Virus record (IMG/VR): IMGVR_UViG_3300000976_000010
Strand: one strand, 5' to 3'
Source: a virus
Length of the DNA: 45,138 bases
The notes beneath the pieces are model-generated. The model was given only the letters and a program-made list of their open reading frames with translations, ran no database searches and had not been told where the DNA came from. Shown in pieces: positions 29,061 to 37,923 of this stretch. The translations under genes were made by a program, and so were the position numbers. Each line of letters opens with the position of its first letter. Positions within the stretch are counted from its first letter, which is position 1.

Positions 29061-29094
29061 TTTTATGTTTTTTTTAGATTTAGAGTATGTACAT

Positions 29095-29493
29095 TCACTC
29101 TTCCAATGCCTTATTGAGCAATTCAATTACGCTGTTTGATCCGCGCTTCCAAAAGAGATCGTTCAGCAAGCGTTTGACTTCTTCTATATCGTCCTCTAAA
29201 TTTTCTATATCAGATTTCAGTTTGACTATAATTCCATCGAATTTATCTTCAATATCACTCTCTTCTTCAAATCTGTTTTCATGATATTCCGCCCTACTGA
29301 AAAGGCTGATGTTTTGCTCTTATATAAATCTTGTATATTTTAAGACGGTTTTCTTAAATTCAGCAATATCCTCTACACTAGTTCCATTGTCTACATCGAA
29401 TTTTTCTATTCTATTCTTTAAATCGAGCATATCCTCAAGTTATTAATTTTTAATTCTAATCATTCTTTATCGTAATCTAAATTTTTCATTCAT
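29095..29493 (-). pseudogene. decayed coiled-coil gene
   Basis: Coding fragments MLDLKNRIEKFDVDNG... and EYHENRFEEE...NKALEE* separated by stops and a frameshift. Confidence 0.55.
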
Positions 29494-29549
29494 GCTCTAC
29501 CTTGGCTACAAATTCATCGGGGACACATTTAATGCAATTATCCGCTTAT

Positions 29550-29769
29550 TTAAAAATATCTAAGGTGGCAAGGGGGACGCATTTTATTATAAGGATGGAT
29601 GATTGTTTCCTCTGCAAAAAGAATGTCTCCCATTTCCAAATTTTTTTCACTTTGCTTTTCGGTTGAAACGCCTCTATTTATCTTGTATTCTTCTGCCAAT
29701 CGTGTGAAACTTAAAACTACTTTATTAAATTCAGAAGCATCCGTTAGACTATTCTTTTAAATCGAACAT
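29550..29769 (-). pseudogene. chimeric pseudogene, partly paralogous to 38294-38518
   Basis: RLAEEYKINRGVSTEKQSEK...FAEETI vs RLTEEYKIDRGVSTEKQTEK...FAEETI; frameshift near the start. Confidence 0.7.
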
Positions 29770-29799
29770 ATTTATTTTTTTTAATTATTAATAAGCAAT

Positions 29800-30090
29800 T
29801 TAATTGTGCTTTGCAACGTCCATAGATTCCCAATCGCTTGGTTTTGAATAATCGCATATAAGCGACCAAAGCAAAGAGGGGTCGTTATGTATCCACCCCA
29901 ACAAACCCTCTTCGTTCAATCTAGAAAGGCACGCTCCAAGTGGCTCAAGAACTTGGAGGGCTATGTGTTCTTTTTTCGAGGGTCGTGTCGCTTGGAAATG
30001 GAATCCGTTAAGTGTGTTAATTAACACCAAGTCTAAAATATAGTACATTACCACAAAAATAGAATGAAGCGTATCTAATACAATTTTCAA
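29800..30090 (-). CDS. hypothetical protein (start uncertain)
   Basis: ORF track. Confidence 0.4.
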   Translation of the reverse strand: MKIVLDTLHSIFVVMYYILDLVLINTLNGFHFQATRPSKKEHIALQVLEPLGACLSRLNEEGLLGWIHNDPSLLWSLICDYSKPSDWESMDVAKHN

Positions 30091-30142
30091 TTTCGCAACT
30101 ATGCGCGTATGTCATCAATTCTCCCATTTCGTGTTTTATGAA

Positions 30143-30730
30143 TTATCGTTGGGTGTAATACCCCCACATGCTTTTATCATTGAGGTATGTTTTAGTGGAC
30201 TCTGTTTTATCAGGATGGGAATTATTCACGTATTCATCATTCTTTAAATAGAAGTCATTACAGAACGCTTCTATCTCATTGTTAGGTATATAGTCACACA
30301 GCGTTTCTAATTTTATTTTGCCCCTCTCAAAAGCAACTACAGCGTACCTTTGTGAAGTATAGTCGCAAAGGTGTCCACGCAATACCAAAAAATCAAAAAC
30401 TAGAAAACCGCTAAAGGGTGTATTGTATTTTGCCGCTATACTTTGCTCCAAATCTAAAGGGGATTCTAGTGGATTTTTTTTGTAATGGGTAGTAAAGCAA
30501 AAATCCAAATCAACTTTATCTCCTTTGAGTGTGTGTATTACAAAATCGTTATTGGAACTTGATAGAAATTTATCGAATCCCAAATTTAACTCAATTACCA
30601 ATTCCAAAGCTTCTGTATCCATTTCCGATAATTGCTCAATGACAGCTATTAATTGTTGGGGAGAGCCAATCACCAAATTATTTTCTTCTGTATAACGCTT
30701 TATCTTTTTAGCTATCTTTTTTACATACAT
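30143..30730 (-). CDS. hypothetical protein with basic leader
   Basis: Likely start ATG 30730: MYVKKIAKKIKRYTEE. Confidence 0.65.
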   Translation of the reverse strand: MYVKKIAKKIKRYTEENNLVIGSPQQLIAVIEQLSEMDTEALELVIELNLGFDKFLSSSNNDFVIHTLKGDKVDLDFCFTTHYKKNPLESPLDLEQSIAAKYNTPFSGFLVFDFLVLRGHLCDYTSQRYAVVAFERGKIKLETLCDYIPNNEIEAFCNDFYLKNDEYVNNSHPDKTESTKTYLNDKSMWGYYTQR

Positions 30731-30752
30731 GGATGGATTTTTTTTGTGTAAA

Positions 30753-30788
30753 AACAACACCCCTCTTTTTTTTGGAGGGGGTGTTGTT
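30753..30788 (-). terminator. intrinsic terminator
   Basis: AACAACACCCCTC-loop-GAGGGGGTGTTGTT, T-run on the minus strand. Confidence 0.7.
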
Positions 30789-30927
30789 GAGGTTTGGTAG
30801 GTAAATATACCTAATTAAAATTCAGTATAAAATTCAACACGATAAACTTTGCAATAAAAGACCAATTGATTTGCATTTTCTAATGTTGATTTGGTGACAT
30901 CAAAATAGTTCTCTATCTTATTTTTGT

Positions 30928-31212
30928 TTATAAATAATATATTAACGATGTTTTGTTTAACCAAAGATCATTATCTTCATAATAAAAGGAAATGTTCATA
31001 CCGCTATTCCCCTTGTCTAAATGTAGAATTATATGTTTTCTGTCGAAAGAAAAGCCTGTGACTGATCCTTTATTATCTTTGTTTACGTCTTTGACAAAAT
31101 TGATAAACTTTCGTGATTTGGACAGTTTATCAATTGAAGATACTCCAAACCAATCTAGTATTACCTTCCATTCTGCCATGCGCTCATTAAACTTGTGACT
31201 TATCATTGCCAT
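30928..31212 (-). CDS. hypothetical protein
   Basis: ORF directly after 31228-31593. Confidence 0.6.
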   Translation of the reverse strand: MAMISHKFNERMAEWKVILDWFGVSSIDKLSKSRKFINFVKDVNKDNKGSVTGFSFDRKHIILHLDKGNSGMNISFYYEDNDLWLNKTSLIYYL

Positions 31213-31227
31213 TTTTTTTAATTTGTT

Positions 31228-31593
31228 TTATAATAAAATTTCAACACCCACGTCCTCAGTCAAGAATTTGATAGAATGTTCATCACCAAAAATCTTTTCA
31301 ATTTTTCTAAAGGGCATACGAATAAAAATTCCGACATCTAATGAAATTTCAACTACATTATTTTTAACCATCAGGCGAGCGTTCATATTATCACTCGAAT
31401 TTAATAAATTGTAGCCACCGCTGTTCATGGAAATCATTCCAACAAAGGGGGATCGTTCCAAACGCATAAGTGCGTCCAAAGTCATTTGATCCATACTTGT
31501 GCGACTGACTAAATTTCCATATTTGGCTTCTTCACGCCTGTCTTGAAAAACTAGACTCTCATTCATTTTTCTTGAACCTGTGTAACGTTTCAT
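31228..31593 (-). CDS. late hypothetical protein, probable paralog of 11738-12097
   Basis: GTACATA 31623-31629; leader MKRYTGSRKMNES. Confidence 0.7.
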   Translation of the reverse strand: MKRYTGSRKMNESLVFQDRREEAKYGNLVSRTSMDQMTLDALMRLERSPFVGMISMNSGGYNLLNSSDNMNARLMVKNNVVEISLDVGIFIRMPFRKIEKIFGDEHSIKFLTEDVGVEILL

Positions 31594-31629
31594 TGTTATA
31601 TTGTTTATTAAAATAATTGTATTATGTAC

Positions 31630-32448
31630 CTAATTTGTATAATATGTAGATGTTGCTACCGTTTTCATTCTGTCGGTATCGAGCATAGAAAAATCTAGCC
31701 TCTGCCCCATGAAAAAATTGACCACACCTCCATGACAATACCCTAATATTCTTCGCGCCTCTTTCATTCCCATTTTTTCCAACTTTTCAACAGAGTTGTA
31801 TATGCTATTCCAAACAGCGCAAAGTCCAACAATTTGCTTTAGTCTTTTTTTAGTTCTAGCATTCATGCCATAAGAAAATGATTTATATGACTTGTGTATG
31901 GATGCACAATATTGTTTAGATGTGAAAAGGGATTGGTATGTCCCCTCTTCGTACAATTCCTTCATATAATTTTTGCAGAATGTGGTTGGGTACATCGAGT
32001 CAACTCTTAGCCTGTTGTCCATGGATGCGGATATTATCAATGCCTCGTTATAGCTCTTTTTGTAATCTCTTAGTATTGATCCACCCAATTCTGCTGCTAT
32101 CATAGAAAATTTGGCTGCTGTGTCGTTATTGTATTTTACAAGACCGCCACTCAAGGATTCGTTATCCATTGACAAGAATGTTGTATCCAAATCGTTGCTT
32201 ATTACTCTAATTCTATTATTATACTTTTCATAATCAACATTGACGTTTGACAAAATGTGATACCCCTTAACCTCAACAACATGCTCATAAGCAGCAAGTT
32301 TTTTATTTATTACCCATACATGTGGAGCAGATTTATCCAATTTAGTTATTTTCTGTTCTATGCTTAAGTTTTGTGCAACTGTCACACTTGATATAAATGT
32401 TGGGAGTAACAAAAATAATAAAGTAATACTCGTTTTTGCTTGTATCAT
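31630..32448 (-). CDS. secreted/periplasmic protein
   Basis: Sec signal MIQAKTSITLLFLLLPTFISSVTVA|Q. Confidence 0.7.
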   Translation of the reverse strand: MIQAKTSITLLFLLLPTFISSVTVAQNLSIEQKITKLDKSAPHVWVINKKLAAYEHVVEVKGYHILSNVNVDYEKYNNRIRVISNDLDTTFLSMDNESLSGGLVKYNNDTAAKFSMIAAELGGSILRDYKKSYNEALIISASMDNRLRVDSMYPTTFCKNYMKELYEEGTYQSLFTSKQYCASIHKSYKSFSYGMNARTKKRLKQIVGLCAVWNSIYNSVEKLEKMGMKEARRILGYCHGGVVNFFMGQRLDFSMLDTDRMKTVATSTYYTN

Positions 32449-32559
32449 TAGTACTTAATTGGTTAATAATATCACCAAAGATAGACTATTATTTTTAATA
32501 ACCCAACTTTTGATAGATTTATGTACTACTAAAACGACTTATTCTATTATACATACATT

Positions 32560-33078
32560 ATGATAGACCAATATGGAAATAAAATCGTAATAGGAGAGAT
32601 AACAAGGAGTGATGGTTCAAGGATGCGCCAAAATAAACCAAGTCCAAAGTCTAGATTTGATGAAGGTTGGTATCCACTGTCTGATAAAAACAAATACGTT
32701 GGATTGCAGCCCCCTATACACCGATCATCACTAGAGCGAAGGTTTATGACATGGTGCGAATCTTCCCCTGAAATAAAGGGGTGGGATGCTGAACCTTTTG
32801 CTATTGGATACGCCAAACCCCTAAAGGCAAGCAAGAAAGGCGTTGTGGAGCAAAAGGTTTTTAAGCAGGGGAACTATTATATAGATTTTGTTATATATTG
32901 GAAGAGTGGCGAAACTTGGTTAGTTGAAGTAAAGCCATATTCACAAACAACAAAGGGGAGCAGAGATTTTCCTATAAACAAAATGAAATGGAACTCTGCC
33001 AAAGTATTTTCAAAAAAAAGCGGGTTTAAGTTTATTATAATAACAGAAAATTTTAAGCCCTTAAAGTGGATTAAATAA
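32560..33078 (+). CDS. head completion nuclease, T4 gp4-like (TnsA-like fold)
   Basis: KYVG...RSSLERRFMTWC...YYIDF...VEVKPYSQT...NKMKW. Confidence 0.88.
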   Translation: MIDQYGNKIVIGEITRSDGSRMRQNKPSPKSRFDEGWYPLSDKNKYVGLQPPIHRSSLERRFMTWCESSPEIKGWDAEPFAIGYAKPLKASKKGVVEQKVFKQGNYYIDFVIYWKSGETWLVEVKPYSQTTKGSRDFPINKMKWNSAKVFSKKSGFKFIIITENFKPLKWIK

Positions 33079-33093
33079 GTCCCCTAGTATTTA

Positions 33094-33351
33094 TCAATAT
33101 ATACAAAATTCTATTTTCCTTATATTACATAAATTAAAATCTTCTAAAATTTCATTGAGCGCATACTTATCCTTCCAATGTATAGGATTTAAAAAATCAG
33201 CTATTTCTTTTGGGGATGCTAGGGTTATGTAGCCCTTTTTATCTGAATCGGTTAATAGTATTAAAGCCATACTATTAACCGATTTAGTCAATGTGTAACA
33301 CACCTTTCTGTTGGTTTGATCTTGGTGATAAACTTCTACTTCTAAGTCCAT
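33094..33351 (-). CDS. hypothetical protein
   Basis: ORF track. Confidence 0.6.
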   Translation of the reverse strand: MDLEVEVYHQDQTNRKVCYTLTKSVNSMALILLTDSDKKGYITLASPKEIADFLNPIHWKDKYALNEILEDFNLCNIRKIEFCIY

Positions 33352-33659
33352 GATTTATTATTAAGGCTAAAACTTGATCCTTTTGTGTTCTTAACTCTTC
33401 CCAATTTTGATTTTGTCACGACATTCACATACTCAACAAATTGACTATTTTTGGTCAAAGACCACCCCCTAAAAATTTTTCTACCAATATCAAATGTATC
33501 ATTAGTTGGAAGACTTAGCAGTATTGATATAAAAAGCTTGTCTTCGTAAATTTCAAAATCCAAATCATATTCGCCCACGACTGACTTAATATGTGCATGA
33601 ATTTCTTCAATGATAGGACTCAAATTATTATTTATGATAAATTGCTCTATGTTGTTCAT
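33342..33659 (-). CDS. hypothetical protein
   Basis: ORF overlapping the end of the LRR gene. Confidence 0.6.
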   Translation of the reverse strand: MNNIEQFIINNNLSPIIEEIHAHIKSVVGEYDLDFEIYEDKLFISILLSLPTNDTFDIGRKIFRGWSLTKNSQFVEYVNVVTKSKLGRVKNTKGSSFSLNNKSWT

Positions 33660-34245
33660 GTTGATTGGTAGGATAATTTTTTACAATTTTATTTAGGTTT
33701 TTAAGTGTGCTGTCTGATTGGGGAATATTATTCCCCTCTGCATAAAAATAACCCAAATATTTTAGCTTATCTAGGTCAGGAGGCAGAATTGATATATTGT
33801 TATTGCTCAAATTTAAAATACCAAGTTTGCTTAAATTGCATATTGAATTGGGCAGTTCTTTTATTCTGTTATGATTCAATCTCAATCTAACAAGGTTTCT
33901 CAATTCACCCAATTCTTTGGGAATCGTCTCAATGCTGTTGTACGACAAATCCAAATCTGTTAAATTTTTTAGCTTGAATAATGAGGGGGGAATATATGAA
34001 ATATCTTTAAAATTAATTCTAAGTATTGTCTTTTCAAAACATTTTCTTATTCCTGTTTTCACTCTTATTCCACTAAACTCTTCACGGTAATCTCCCAACC
34101 ACCTTATCAATTCCTTCCACTCCTGATAACTCTTTAGTTTGTTGAATGCTATTCCCTGACTCTTACAAAGCGCGGAGGCCAACTCCACATTTTCGGCCTT
34201 TCCTGAGTTTACTAGATTGTTAAGGCGTTCTAAAGTTTCGTTCAT
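33628..34245 (-). CDS. leucine-rich repeat protein
   Basis: IPKELGELRNLVRLRLNHNRI-type repeats; N-cap LNNLVNSGKAENVELA. Confidence 0.9.
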   Translation of the reverse strand: MNETLERLNNLVNSGKAENVELASALCKSQGIAFNKLKSYQEWKELIRWLGDYREEFSGIRVKTGIRKCFEKTILRINFKDISYIPPSLFKLKNLTDLDLSYNSIETIPKELGELRNLVRLRLNHNRIKELPNSICNLSKLGILNLSNNNISILPPDLDKLKYLGYFYAEGNNIPQSDSTLKNLNKIVKNYPTNQHEQHRAIYHK

Positions 34246-34248
34246 GAT

Positions 34249-34926
34249 TTATAGAATTCGGGTGTTTATTTGTCTATCGACATTAACGCCCATATTTTTT
34301 AATTCATCTAGTACCTCTGCTGTTGTTGGGTCTGTTAGGTCTAGAGGATTCTCTTCAACACCAATCCAAGTTAAGTTTTTCAATTTTCCAATTGATTTGG
34401 GCAGAACTTTTATTTGGTTGTTGTTTAAGTAAATCCACCCTAGATTTACTAAGTTTCCAATTGAATCGGGAAGGTGTTCTAATCGGTTGCTGTCTAGTTT
34501 AAGAATTTTTAAATTAATCAATTTTCCAATTGAATCGGGCAAAAGTTTTAATTTGTTTTCTCTTAACCAAATCGCTTCTAAATTTACCAAATTACCAATT
34601 GAATCAGGCAAAAGGCTTAGTCGATTGTTACTTAAATTGATTTCTTTTAATTTTATCAATTTACCAATTTCTTCGGGAAGTGATTTTATTTTTTCACCGT
34701 GCAAAGCAAGATAGTCTATATTGATAGCCTTCACCAATCCCTCTTTAATATCATCATAACCATCTAGATAATTGCTCAACCACTTAATGATAAGAGCGTA
34801 ATGCTGTACACGCTCAAGATCTTCAAAATTTATCCCTCGACTCTCACAGAGCATAAAGGCCAAATCTATATTTTCGTCTGTTCCCGACTTTACTAAGTCG
34901 TTTAGTTTTTCTAATGTTTCTTCCAT
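34249..34926 (-). CDS. leucine-rich repeat protein
   Basis: LPDSIGNLVNL repeats; N-cap LNDLVKSGTDENIDLA. Confidence 0.92.
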   Translation of the reverse strand: MEETLEKLNDLVKSGTDENIDLAFMLCESRGINFEDLERVQHYALIIKWLSNYLDGYDDIKEGLVKAINIDYLALHGEKIKSLPEEIGKLIKLKEINLSNNRLSLLPDSIGNLVNLEAIWLRENKLKLLPDSIGKLINLKILKLDSNRLEHLPDSIGNLVNLGWIYLNNNQIKVLPKSIGKLKNLTWIGVEENPLDLTDPTTAEVLDELKNMGVNVDRQINTRIL

Positions 34927-35334
34927 AATGCTTGAGTAAATAATCTAAAAGTTATAAATTGGGCTATTATTCGGATAATCCAAATTAGTGTCCAATACGA
35001 AAAATTTCCCATCGTATCCATAAGGGTGTGCATTTTCAAAGCTCTGCACCTCATCGCCAAGTAGTATTTGAATGTCCACACTTTCCAAATCCTCCCTACT
35101 TTAAATTCCCTATAACAGTCAAAGTCTGTATCCCTTTCCATTAACAGAGTTCTTTTTTGTTGAAATAGTAAGTAACGAGAAAACAGCATGGATTTTATGG
35201 CATACTGCATTTTTTTTTCTGTCTTCAAAAAGCATGAAATCGACCCCCTTCTTACCTTTAAATACTTGAAAAAGCGTGCCCAATACACCCATCCATGTTT
35301 TATGATAAAAACCATCGTTTACAATAATTCCCAA
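34911..35334 (-). pseudogene. gene split by a frameshift in an A9 run
   Basis: MGIIVND...FEDRKK joins MQYAIKS... if the run at 35210-35218 is one base shorter. Confidence 0.55.
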
Positions 35335-35364
35335 TTTTACATTTTGATTATTATTTATCTTTTT

Positions 35365-36006
35365 TTAGATTAATATGTTAACTCCCCTTTCTTTTAGAAT
35401 TTTAATTGAATAACAGCGATTAGAAATATCAGTATATTGTAAATCCAACACCGCAAGACAATTCATATTACACAAACCGTTCGGGAGATAACTTATACTA
35501 TTAAAACTAATATCAATGTGTTCTAAATTGCGTAGAATCCCCAATTCATCAGGAATAAAGGTTAGATTATTACTCGTTAACACCAAGTCTGTTAGTTTTT
35601 GTAATAGACCAATTTCCTTTGGGATTTCCGTTATCTGATTGTTATACAAATCGAGCACCTCAAGATTGAGTAGTTTTGATATATCCTTTGGAATTTTATC
35701 TATATCAGTGTTGATTATAAATAGTGACCTTAAATTTCTTAAATTAAATAAAGCTTGGGGCATTTTTTTAATAGCGTAATTACTATTCCAAAGTACTTTA
35801 ATTCTCATAAAATGATTTACTGAATTTTGAAAATTTATCAGACCCGATCCACTTTCATACTCACACATTTCAAACAGTTCAAACCAATCCATAACAGACT
35901 CCAAAGCCCAAAAATTTAACCCACCCTTCACACATTCATCATGTGCCTTTTTAATGTTATCAACACATCCCGTGCTTACTAATAAATTCAGTTCTTTGTT
36001 TTCCAT
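35365..36006 (-). CDS. leucine-rich repeat protein
   Basis: IPKEIGLLQKLTDLVLTSNNL-type repeats; N-cap LNLLVSTGCVDNIKKA. Confidence 0.9.
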   Translation of the reverse strand: MENKELNLLVSTGCVDNIKKAHDECVKGGLNFWALESVMDWFELFEMCEYESGSGLINFQNSVNHFMRIKVLWNSNYAIKKMPQALFNLRNLRSLFIINTDIDKIPKDISKLLNLEVLDLYNNQITEIPKEIGLLQKLTDLVLTSNNLTFIPDELGILRNLEHIDISFNSISYLPNGLCNMNCLAVLDLQYTDISNRCYSIKILKERGVNILI

Positions 36007-36126
36007 GAAATTTTTACTTTTTTTAATTTATTTACAATGACTTATCCACTCTTCATTTTCCACAAACCCAATATACAACAAATAAACGAGTAAACCAAAA
36101 GTACATAGCATATATAATCAAAAACC

Positions 36127-36675
36127 ATGAAATTTAGTAAAATAATAAAGAACAAAGCTTTCAGAGAAAGCGTGTTCCCCAATCTAATTGAACACCACTT
36201 AAAGAATGAAATTGCTATAAGTAATAGCCCACTTAGGTTGGGCAGTTCTTCATTCAATGAGTATGTGTATGTTGTCAGAAGGCTGCATGAGGAAGGATTG
36301 TATACGCCCATTAATTCGGAGGATATGTTTATCTTGGAAAAACTTGACACAGGAAAAGTCGGTTTTTATAAAGGGGAGAAGGTTATTTTAGATACACCAT
36401 TCTTACTAAAGAATGAGCGCAAAGAATTCGGAGTATATAGGGCTAATAAAGAGGGGAAGAAGGATAAGGGCGGAAATATAAAGGCGGTGGTTGTTAAGTG
36501 GGGAGATCCGAAATTGCGTGTTAAAAACGAGGACAAAGACGCGAGTGAATCTTTTTGGGCTAGACATCGCTGCGATCTAAAGACGGATAAATATAAAGCA
36601 GGGTGGTGGGCTTGCTACGCACCTCAATATTTTGGAGACTTATTAAAATTGGTGGGAGGGAAATCAAAATGGTAA
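36127..36675 (+). CDS. late phage protein (WGDP...SFWARHRC...AGWWAC)
   Basis: GTACATA 36101-36107; distinctive His/Cys/Trp motif. Confidence 0.7.
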   Translation: MKFSKIIKNKAFRESVFPNLIEHHLKNEIAISNSPLRLGSSSFNEYVYVVRRLHEEGLYTPINSEDMFILEKLDTGKVGFYKGEKVILDTPFLLKNERKEFGVYRANKEGKKDKGGNIKAVVVKWGDPKLRVKNEDKDASESFWARHRCDLKTDKYKAGWWACYAPQYFGDLLKLVGGKSKW

Positions 36676-36980
36676 GTCTACAGGATTTATTTGAAAGCTC
36701 TGAATTGATTGATGGTCTATATCAAGAAATTTTGATTGGTGGTGTTAAGGTTAGAAAGTTTTCAAAATTAACAGAAATTTCATCATTGGTTTGGCATACA
36801 GATGAAAGTGACAGGTATATAAGTGTGCTACACTCGGATGGTTGGTTGTTTCAATATGATAACGAATTGCCATTTGTACTAGGGAAGGGTGATTTATTTA
36901 TGGTAGGTGAGGGAACGTATCACAGAGTCTTGAGTGGGGATAGCGATGGGGATTTGATTGTGGGAATTTTTGAGGGGTAG
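36669..36980 (+). CDS. small cupin-like protein
   Basis: WHTDESDR...GW...LGKGDLFMVGEGTYHRV; start ATG 36669 overlaps the previous stop. Confidence 0.65.
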   Translation: MVSLQDLFESSELIDGLYQEILIGGVKVRKFSKLTEISSLVWHTDESDRYISVLHSDGWLFQYDNELPFVLGKGDLFMVGEGTYHRVLSGDSDGDLIVGIFEG

Positions 36981-36999
36981 TAGCCCATCTTTAATAGCG

Positions 37000-37029
37000 A
37001 AGCGATATGTATTTCACCATATCGCTTTT
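37000..37029 (+). terminator. intrinsic terminator
   Basis: AAGCGATATG-N8-CATATCGCTT plus TT. Confidence 0.65.
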
Positions 37030-37106
37030 GAAAATGATTAATTTTTCGGAAATTCTAATGCTATTTTTACAACTCTATTTTGACATAATTCAAAGAGGTG
37101 TTAATT

Positions 37107-37394
37107 TTATTTCCAAGGATTCTTAATGCGATATTTTTTAAGGATGTAATCAATTTCTGCATTGACAGGATTGGTGTATAAATTTTTAATTTTAGCCAAC
37201 TCATCTTTTAAATCTGCTATTTTTACTACATCATCATCGGATAACTTATCGGCTATTTTCTTGCCTCCAACATACCCTGCCATGAAATTTCTAATATTAC
37301 TAGCCTTTTTTTGTATTTCGGAATGACTCATTTCGTCATACAATTTAGATTCATTGATACCATTCTTGCCACGCGTTCTTCGTACTATGCTCAT
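37107..37394 (-). CDS. late hypothetical protein
   Basis: GTACATA 37449-37455; leader MSIVRRTRGKNGINES. Confidence 0.7.
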   Translation of the reverse strand: MSIVRRTRGKNGINESKLYDEMSHSEIQKKASNIRNFMAGYVGGKKIADKLSDDDVVKIADLKDELAKIKNLYTNPVNAEIDYILKKYRIKNPWK

Positions 37395-37492
37395 TTCTTG
37401 GGTTTTTTGTTATATTTATTTTTAAATAAAAGTAAAATGTTAATACATTATGTACTATTGCAACCACCTTTTGAATACAAATATTTATACAC

Positions 37493-37876
37493 TCACCTAA
37501 ATTTAACACTAAATCTATTCTCCAAGCACTCGATTTCTTCTTCGGTTAGAATTTTCCAATCATCTTCCCTGTAACAATGTGGCGATACCTCAACACCAAA
37601 ACAACACGTTTTTTGGAAAGTGCCACCCTTAAAGGTTGTTATGGTTAATGTACTATGAATATATGATTCTAATACATCACCTTCTTCAATAGTCCTTCCT
37701 GTCCTATCTTTAAATTCCATTGATTTTTTGTTTAATATTTCTGCCTCTTTCTTAACTTTTTCCTGCCTTAATAAGCGATTTTTGCTTCTGCTTTCATCCC
37801 ATTTTGTCCAATCAGGTTTAGTCATTGCTGCAAGGCTTTCTTTCAATTCCTTATTCAATTTGTCCCACTTTCCCAT
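37493..37876 (-). CDS. hypothetical protein with YopX-like C-terminal motif
   Basis: FKDRTGRTIEEGDVL. Confidence 0.55.
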   Translation of the reverse strand: MGKWDKLNKELKESLAAMTKPDWTKWDESRSKNRLLRQEKVKKEAEILNKKSMEFKDRTGRTIEEGDVLESYIHSTLTITTFKGGTFQKTCCFGVEVSPHCYREDDWKILTEEEIECLENRFSVKFR

Positions 37877-37923
37877 AGCTGCTGCATTGTGTGTATCAAA
37901 AATTTTAATTAGTTGTTATGGTA

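Noticed and set aside
32560-33078. TnsA transposase / Tn7 element
   Set aside because: Motifs fit the T4 gp4 head-completion family; no tnsB/tnsC or transposon ends.
33628-36006. Diversity-generating retroelement acting on the LRR genes
   Set aside because: No reverse transcriptase and no template/variable repeat pair differing only at adenines was seen.
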